From: Macrostomum hystrix
Taxonomy: Eukaryota > Animalia > Platyhelminthes
Reading direction: 5' to 3'
NCBI GenBank assembly: GCA_950097015.1
Contig: CATNEN010000001.1
Coordinates: 15,066,001 to 15,130,000, forward strand
DNA length: 64,000 nt
The notes below the pieces were generated by a model. That model searched no databases. It had not been told where the DNA came from and was given only the letters and a program-made list of their open reading frames with translations. This document shows, piece by piece, positions 56,301 to 64,000 of this stretch. The translations under genes were made by a program, and so were the position numbers. How positions within the stretch are numbered: position 1 is the first letter of the stretch; the number at the start of each line of letters is the position of its first letter.

Positions 56301-56675
56301 AACGTCATTGATCAGGACGCTAACACCGATTTGCTCCTCAGTGCCCACGCCACCTTGCTTAACTTCCACCTTGAAGGTGAGCAGGCATTCTGAGGGCTTG
56401 TTGGGGCACAGTGCTTCTCGATCTAGTCGAGCAATGGTGCTCAGTGCGCCCGTCCCACTGTCCAGTCTGAACAGTCGCCTGACCTTCTCGTCCGGGAACA
56501 GCATGCTGAAGGTGCTGCCATCGGGATAGCTGAATCGCGTTTTCAGATTGTCGATCTCAAAGCCGATCGACATCTCCTCTTGCACTGGAAGAGTCACTGA
56601 TTGTTTGCTGTCTTGACTGACAGCCAGCTGAACACTGACCAGTGCTATAAGAACTAGCAAAACTTCTGACAGCAT
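53261..56675 (-). CDS. Protocadherin (7 EC repeats, delta-like), 3 exons, ~1075 aa
   Basis: complement(join(53261-53851,53959-54026,54107-56675)). Signal peptide; EC1 with LDREALCPNKPSEC; DxNDxxP-type linkers x6 plus a seventh EC; TM LLILLCLAAVVFVVFVALLVILLYV. Introns of 80 and 107 nt (GTGAGT donors, phases 1 and 0) join a 68-nt exon and ORF 53261-53827. C-terminus YMTSSFV. Confidence 0.93.
53959..54026 (-). CDS. Protocadherin micro-exon 2 (68 nt; not in ORF track)
   Basis: TTTCAG|GT CGG CGG GAA...GAA ACT|GTGAGT; encodes RREARTRTRHPGVWYDKANGET and restores frame. Confidence 0.85.
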
Positions 56676-57839
56676 GGCTCTTCTGACTGGCTTGGCTCTT
56701 CTGCTGAATTTGGATTTTCTTAGCTCGCTTCTGGACGATTTTTTAAGGTATATTTTTTGCTCGCTTTAATTGGTCACTATTTAACGACACGCCAACTGTT
56801 TGGTCATGACCCGCTGTGTTTACAATATCGCAACACAATAACTAAAGGAGAATAAGGTCTTGTATTAGAAGCAGAAATGGTTCCTGGCTCTACCGCTCCG
56901 GCCACCCTGTTTTTAATCGGGAAGTCCGCTTGACTTCCTTCGTGGCTCCGGATCTGACCAGGCCCTCCATTCGCTTCTGGCTGCGAATTAAGCAAGCCGA
57001 GCTGCAATTGGCTGGTGCAGCACAGCCAACCAGCGCGTGCCAAACATGCTCTGCTAACTAGCCCATCCAAATCTCCAAACTGCAAAAAAATCTATTTCCT
57101 TTTTTCGTTTCCTGCGCTTTCGCTTCGTCTCAGCGAAAAAAAATTCCTGCTTTTACTTGCTCCATTGGACTGCTAAACTCACCCAGTCATCTCCAACCCC
57201 GTTCCTCCCAGTGTTTTTATATTCCACAATCCCAGCCCACTCCACGGGAGCATCATGGCACCAACTCTTTGTTTCTTCTCTCCCAATGTTTTGGTCGGTT
57301 CGCGTGATGCAGCCCCACCGCATTTTCTCTGCCTCTCTAGCTTTCTAAGCGCTCCAATCCACCTCCGCTTTTTTGTACCACCACTCAGCTTTTCCTCGTT
57401 CCAGCGGAGCCAGCCTCTCATTAAAAATGGCCCGGGCGCGCCCCAAGCCAACACCTTCAGGCCAGCACCCCATTAATGCCGTTTTTGTTCAACCCCTCCT
57501 GCGGGGTGGTAACTTTTCCAGCCTGAGTTATTGTCCCCTTTAGTGCCTGAGTCACGACGGGCGCATTGCTGCTCACTAATTTCACACCTTCCCGGGCCAA
57601 GCCACGGGTTTGTCTGGCTGCGGGAAATCAAATTCGTGTGTATTGATTGGTTGAATAGTTTTTTAATACATTAAGTCATACGCAGACTTACTAGTACTAT
57701 CCTGGATGCAACACCAGATTGGAGTCTGGAAGCTCAGTTCCACTTGCTTCCACTTGATGGAAATAATAAGTCCTGTGACAAGCATACCGTTCGCAACAAT
57801 TTCGCTTTTTACTATTCCGTATTTCTCATGCAGACATGC

Positions 57840-58060
57840 AGCGGGCTTGTAGCGCAATTTACGCCTTTGAGAGCCAATCTCATGATGGTCAAGGTTTATA
57901 CCTGCCTGATGATGAGAAATACAGGGCAGATGCTCGTTTACACCCTGTATGGGTGTATGTTCAGCTATCAGCAGAATGGGCAGAATCGCCTCTTCGCCGA
58001 CTACGGGTCGACTGTCACCAGATGATGTACCGAACAGTAACGAAGCTGCTGAATTTGTAG
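57840..58060 (+). mobile_element. Second copy of SINE-like family B (5'-truncated)
   Basis: Colinear similarity to the reverse complement of ~19055-19290. A further fragment at ~60176-60205 (ATCTGTGTGCGTGTGTGCTCAGGAGTC). Confidence 0.7.
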
Positions 58061-58969
58061 TTTCGGCCGACTAAAGCAAATAATGAATAAGATAAGATAA
58101 AAAGTCACGTATATACGAGTAGAATTAATCTAGCCGTCTGATCTCAAGTCGTATGTATTTGCATTTGTCTAAAACCCCTAAATGTATGGCTCTAATGCTC
58201 TAACTTGAATGTTAGTTATTTTGCTTATTTTTCGCAAACAAACACGCTGTCTGCTTATGGTATTTGTGGTTTTTTATCTATTTCTGCATCACCTGCATAT
58301 TTGTTCCATTGTTCTGCGTTCGGTGGGGGTTGGGGCCTAATTCTCGACTGATTTCTGATTGCTCAACAAAAAAATGCTGCTCCTTTTGTCTACATACTGA
58401 GAGGTGTTTGTTTGTGTATGTGTGTGCAATTGTGCTTAGCTGATGAGCCGTGAAGATTATTTTGCTCGTGCTGCAAATAATTTTTGCGTATTTCTAGGAA
58501 AATGCAATTATTGTGTATTTAATACTGACTTTTCTACTCTCGTACGAGCCTAGGTTGATACTCCTAAATGATGAGTTTCATCTCGCAAAGCTATGACCCA
58601 TCTTCTGGTTTGTGTCTCTAATTACCCTAATTGACTTTCATGCTTTCAGATCCATGTTTGTCCCCGAGGGGTCTCTGGAGATTATAACAAAAACACTATT
58701 TTCTTTGAAATCCGCATGACTTTGTGACTGCTTGTTTGCGTGCTTGCTTGTGTTGTGCTGTGCTCTCACTGTAATTGAAGTTAACCTAGAATGCTTTTAC
58801 TCGCAATTGGACAGTTGACTTACATCGCGAGGTATATTAGTGTGTCATGGTGTGTCTGTTTTTGTTTTTTTAACGCTTAGGTGGTTGAATTTACGCGATC
58901 GATTTATTATTTGATTTCATCGTTAACTTTATGAGCTCTTTATGAACTTTTAGATAGTCATTTATGGTC

Positions 58970-59690
58970 ATGACCATTCTGAAGAAAATTGTTGTCTATA
59001 GTCCGGTGTTGGCTTCTAATGACCATTCTTAACCTCTAATGACCATTCTTGGCTTCTAATGACCTTTCTTGGCCTCTAATGACCTTTCTTGGCCTCTAAT
59101 GACCATTCTTGACGTCTAATGACCATTCTTGACCTCTAATGACCATTCTTGGCTTCTAATGACCTTTCTTAGCCTCTAATGGCCATTCTTCGTTTTTTAA
59201 TGATAATTTTTTGTTTTTAATCACCATTCTTGACGATTAATGACCATTCTTGACCTCTAATGACCATTCTTGGCTTCTAATGACCATTCTTGACCTCTAA
59301 TGACCATTCTTGGCTTCTAATGACATTTCTTGGCCTCTAATGACCATTCTTGACGTCTAATGACCATTATTGACCTCTAATGACCATTCTTGGCTTCTAA
59401 TGACCATTGTTGGTTTTTTAATGATAATTTTTTGTTTTTAATTACCATTCTTGACGTCTAATGACCATTCTTGACCTCTAATGACCATTCTTGGCTTCTA
59501 ATGACCATTCTTGACCTCTAATGACCATTCTTGGCTTCTAATGACATTTCTTGGCCTCTAATGACCATTCTTGACGTCTAATGACCATTATTGACCTCTA
59601 ATGACCATTCTTGGCTTCTAATGACCATTGTTGGTTTTTTAATGATTATTTTTTGTTTCTATTTACCACTCTTGATTTTTTAATGACCAA
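58970..59690. repeat. 20-bp minisatellite
   Basis: Unit TCTAATGACCATTCTTGGCT alternating with TCTAATGACCATTCTTGACC. Confidence 0.94.
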
Positions 59691-60967
59691 ATTATCAAAA
59701 ATGTGTCTATCTTTTGGCAGAGAAACTTTCAGTATTTCGCTACAATTTGTCGTCTTACAGTGCCGCATAGCCAACCAAAAGTACGAGCAGTATTGAACAC
59801 CGAGAGGGTTGCAAAAAGCGTTTTTTTCATAATCAAGAGAAGGGCCACAGGTTTTCAAAATTTATTGACGCAACTGCGCCACTTCTTTGTAATGGACACG
59901 GACCACGGTCTTTTGGTCCAACGTAGTATCTACCAGAGCAAAAATTTCACATTCACTTTTCAAACTGTATGTTCCTATTAGTTGTTCGAGCGTACTTCAG
60001 AAATTGCCCGTAAATTACTTTATTATTATTAATGATCATAATTGTAGTAATAATAATATTTGTAGGTGGGCAATGGCACAACCGACCCGCAGCCATCGAG
60101 GAAGATATTCTGCACATTCCGCTCTGACTTTTGTGCACACACTCACCCCCAAGTAAGTGTGTGCCTGCGTACAGTATCTGTGTGCGTGTGTGCTCAGGAG
60201 TCCACTCATAGCATGTGTGGTACGTCACGACTATGTGTGGTACGTTGTAAGGGTGACAGAGTATTACACACACGCACACAAAATGCTTTTGAAAAGCAAC
60301 AGCATGATATATTCGCGCGTAGTTTAAAGTATGCCGACGTCCTCAGTGGCAGTTGTTGGCCATTATTCATGCACACAGGCAGCTAGCAGGCTAACTCATT
60401 CCATTCCTGTGTCTCCTGTATGTTTCTGCGATCGCGGGCACTATTACCTTGTTTGCCTGCCTCTTTTACCAACTGGCCGTAATTGGACCAGTTATTCATC
60501 ACCTACTTATCGTTTTCTTTATCGAATCTGAGGGCTGTGTGTGTGTGTGCATCAGGCAATTATCATTCTTACCTTCCATATTTTCCTATCTCCTCTGTCC
60601 CTAATAACCAGGTGGCGAAACTCTAAGGAAAATGAATCATTATGCGAAATTTCTCCCCTCCTCCTAAAGCCATTTCAGTGTCATATATCTAGTTTTACTA
60701 TCTTTTGTGCCCTTAGCAGTGCCCGGACCCCAATTAGCAACTAGCGGCTTGGCTGATAGCAATACCTGATACCCGAAAATATATTAAATTTTGCTTTTAA
60801 AAAGCAGTAAAATGTTTTGTTTGTCAGAGGTCGCTTAATGGAAAATCTGTTTCAACCCTCCTTTTTCAGTTTATTTCGTTCTCTTGACAAAGAAAGCCTA
60901 AAGATAGAAAATTATTAAGAGGTGTTAATTAGTGTTAATGTAAAAGTATTACAACTTTTAAAGAACA

Positions 60968-61105
60968 ATGCTAGAAGAAACACCGGAAGATCTCGTTATT
61001 GTCAGCAGCGAAGAGGCTCGCGCTGGTGGCAATGGCGGAAACGGTGGTGGTTTCGCCACCCTGTTGGGAGCCGAGTTACCGCCACCTCCAACTGTCACTC
61101 TAGTT

Positions 61106-61136
<31 letters not shown>

Positions 61137-62032
61137 AACAACAGCAACCCCAACAGAAGCTTCAAAAGCAACAGCAGCAGCAGCAACAGCAGCAGCAACA
61201 ACAACAACAGCAGCAGCAGCAGCAGCAGCAACAGCAACAGCAGCAGCAGCAAGCCAGCAGTTCTCGCAGCGGCTGGGGCAGCTGGTTGTCAGCGTCCACC
61301 ACAGCCTTCGTATCCAAGGCCATGGAGAAGACCCGGGGCGGCATGGAGTCGGTGATCGGCAGTCTGGATCCCGCCGGTATGCAGGCTCTACTCCTGACTG
61401 GCGGCGACTGTCGCGTCGCCCTGGCTGTCGACAGCAAAGCCGACGAAGCCGCCGCCAGAGCCGCTGTTCAGCGCAGCTTCGGTCGCGCTGTTGTTGGCGC
61501 TGTCACCGACGCCTCGACCGGACTGGCTCCGACGCCGCTAGGCTTCAGCTCGCTTCGATTGGCCTGCCAGCATCGGCTCCGTTCTCTGGTAGAGCGAGTC
61601 CGGGCCACAGCCGCCGCCGAGGTCTATCCAGGCGTCGATAGCGACGACCAGCAGCGGAAGCTGCCATTGTCTATGGCCATCTGTCGCGGAGTTGTGGAGC
61701 CGACGCCGGATCACTTCTGCCAGGTCTACTGCGTCTGCCTCGTCGAGCCGGAGCCGCTCGAGCCGGCCTCCGGCGACCTCGACGCAGGAGATCCTTCGCT
61801 TGCCGACGAAGTCTACGCCTACTCGGCTACGATGTCAATTTCTCGCAGTCAACTGGAAACGCTGCGAGCTGCCACGCCGGATGACTATCCGCTGAAGTGG
61901 AGCGGCTTCGCTGTGGAGTTAGACGATCCGACTGCCACCGAGCAGCAGCAGCAGCTGCTCAGGCAGACTCTGCAACAGGCGGTCAGCGTGGCCATCGCGG
62001 CCTGGCAGAGCAGGGCCCACGACTCCGCCTGA
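60968..62032 (+). CDS. PRRC1: PRRC1-like protein (YjjX/NTPase-like C-terminal domain) with N-terminal polyQ, intronless, 354 aa
   Basis: GWGSW...MEKTRGGMESVIGSLDPAGM..TGGD, AVQRSFGRAVV, LAPTPLGF and TPDDYPLKWSGFAV parallel PRRC1 motifs as I recall them (KTKHSVESMITTLDPGM, AFQEVFGLAVV, IAPQPVGY, TPQDYNLRWSGL). High GC3. Confidence 0.8.
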
Positions 62033-62149
62033 ACCAGCATTCGTTAGCTAATTAATCCCCTGTGCCTACCTTGAATGCCGTGGCTCATGATCTTCAGGCT
62101 TTCAGGGGATCCCGTCTTAGCGGTCTGTCTGGCGTACTTTCTGTTTCTA

Positions 62150-62525
62150 CCCCTGTTCATCTCACCCCAGACTCTGCTCATCTCACCCCTGACTCTATTA
62201 ATCTCACCCCAGACTCTGCTCATCTCACCCCTGACTCTGCTCATCTCACCCCTGACTCTATTCATCTCACCCTAGACTCTGCTCATCTCACCCCTGACTC
62301 TATTCATCTCACCCCAGACTCTGCTCATCTCACCCCTGACTCTGCTCATCTCACCCCTGACTCTATTCATCTCACCCTAGACTCTGCTCATCTCACCCCT
62401 GACTCTATTCATCTCACCCTAGACTCTGCTCATCTCACCCCTGACTCTATTCATCTCACCCTAGACTCTGCTCATCTCACCCCTGACTCTATTCATCTCA
62501 CCCCTGACCTTATTAATTTCACTCC
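62150..62525. repeat. 21-bp minisatellite
   Basis: Unit CTCACCCCTGACTCTATTCAT, variant ...CTGCTCAT. Confidence 0.94.
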
Positions 62526-63424
62526 TGAGTCCTGACTCGTCATTCTCGCCTCTGTCTACGAAGTATTTATCTCGCACTCCGATGTTTGTGTCATTAAAAA
62601 TTTTGATTGTTTGAGTCTATTGTGTAGCATATAAGGTTTTTGTTTTCTGTGATTTTATTAAATTAACGCTTGGAAATTTTTCGCCGGTTGCTAAATTATT
62701 CTTACGGAACACGGATTGAGCTGTGTAAAGTAAAAATTGGTGTCGGAATTATAAAATAATCTTCAATTATACCATAACTTTGTTTCTCGTGATCTAACTT
62801 TTGGTGAATGTCAATGTACGCTGTTTTGTGTCGTATATGGATCTTTTAAATTGCAAAGCTTTCTCAGTTTTTGTTTCTCCATCCTTGCTTTTCTATTTGC
62901 CCATGTTTTGGACTGTTAGAAGGACTAAGAAATAAAGTTAAAACGGCCCTTTTAAGGACCGCATATCTAATTCCGCTTGTGTATTTCAAATCTGAGGACT
63001 TTAGTAAGCTGCACTTTCGAAAACCTATTAATAAAACTGGGAACTAATGGAGGCCTCTTAAATGTATCTCTTTGCTTCTTAAAGTTATTTTCGAAGGAAT
63101 TTATAAAATAAAAAATTGCGTAATTCGAAATCGATTTAACGAGTTTAAACGTGTTGTCAGAATTGAATTTTTCTCATTTTTGCCACATACGAGTCTGTTG
63201 CCATTGCTGTTTTTTTTACAATTTTCTATCGAAAAATCCCAGAGGATATTTGTGACTGCTAGAAAATTGAATTGTAAAAACCAACTAGACAGCTCAATTA
63301 AATACTGAGTACTGAGTGTTGAGTACTACAGATTAATTTAATAGTCGACTATTTGCCCTCATCGCTACCCATTTCAGGTTCATTTGCATAATTGATCTCC
63401 TTTTTGCTTTCTGACCATCAGGAC

Positions 63425-63481
63425 TGGCTGTCTGTCTAACTGTCTGTCTGTCTGTCTGTCTGTCCCTGTCTGTGCTGGGTC

Positions 63482-63523
<42 letters not shown>

Positions 63524-63549
63524 CTGGGTGTCTGTCTGTCTGTCCTGGG

Positions 63550-63581
<32 letters not shown>

Positions 63582-63632
63582 CTGGGTGTCTGTCTGTCTG
63601 TCTGTCCTGGGTGTCTGTCTGTCTGTCCTTGG

Positions 63633-63672
<40 letters not shown>

Positions 63673-63677
63673 CTTGG

Positions 63678-63733
<56 letters not shown>

Positions 63734-63763
63734 CTGGGTGTTTGTCTGTCTGTCTGTCCTGGG

Positions 63764-63795
<32 letters not shown>

Positions 63796-63846
63796 CTGGG
63801 TGTTTGTCTGTCTGTCTGTCCTGGGTGTCTGTCTGTCTGTCCTGGG

Positions 63847-63878
<32 letters not shown>

Positions 63879-64000
63879 CTGGGTGTCTGTCTGTCTATCC
63901 TGGGTGTCTGTCTGGCTGTCTGTCTGTCTGTCTGTCTGTCCTGGGTGTCTGTCTGTCTGTCTGTCTGTCCTGGGTGTCTGTCTGTCTGTCTGTCTGTCCT
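63425..64000. repeat. (TGTC)n microsatellite interrupted by CTGGG, runs off window end
   Basis: TCTG tracts punctuated by CCTGGG/CCTTGG. Confidence 0.96.

Noticed and set aside
57686-58060. ORFs 57744-58025 and 57836-58060 as a terminal coding exon
   Set aside because: Initially attractive, but the sequence is colinear with the reverse complement of ~19055-19290, so it is a dispersed SINE-like repeat.
57906-58460. CTGATGA hammerhead-like cores (57906, 58440)
   Set aside because: No stem II followed by GAAA, and no closing stems I/III could be built.
60922-61641. Alternative-frame polyA/T ORF and antisense polyC ORF over the PRRC1-like gene
   Set aside because: Shadow frames of the CAG/CAA tract in GC-rich coding DNA.

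Overview
Eukaryotic (animal) genomic DNA with GT-AG introns, CAG/polyQ-rich coding sequence and roughly one third (~20 kb by my tally) of the window in about 28 distinct mini/microsatellite arrays. This overall style suggests a flatworm such as Macrostomum (inference only). Six protein-coding genes can be reconstructed by hand: a 5-exon Polo-like kinase (PLK1/polo, +, 7293-12502); a 2-exon DUF7789/UPF0658-like multipass membrane protein (-, 15511-17730); an intronless, highly divergent SLC6/NSS-fold protein (-, 33637-35991); a 3-exon calmodulin-like protein (-, 40644-45040; exons 2-3 are missing from the ORF track); a 3-exon, 7-EC protocadherin (-, 53261-56675); and an intronless polyQ PRRC1-like protein (+, 60968-62032). 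Mobile DNA includes two intact MITEs with 8-bp TSDs, a 45-bp TIR/TSD remnant, a degenerate foldback and two SINE-like families. The most notable observations are: (i) a SINE-like repeat carrying an exact match to the HDV ribozyme P3/L3 core; (ii) two 19-bp satellite arrays of one family in inverted orientation around a unique spacer (foldback-like); (iii) a shared (CAG)ATCC(C)TCAG-like core across six arrays of different period; and (iv) an SLC6 protein that appears to have lost its ion- and substrate-binding motifs. No CRISPR array, rRNA or intact tRNA was found.
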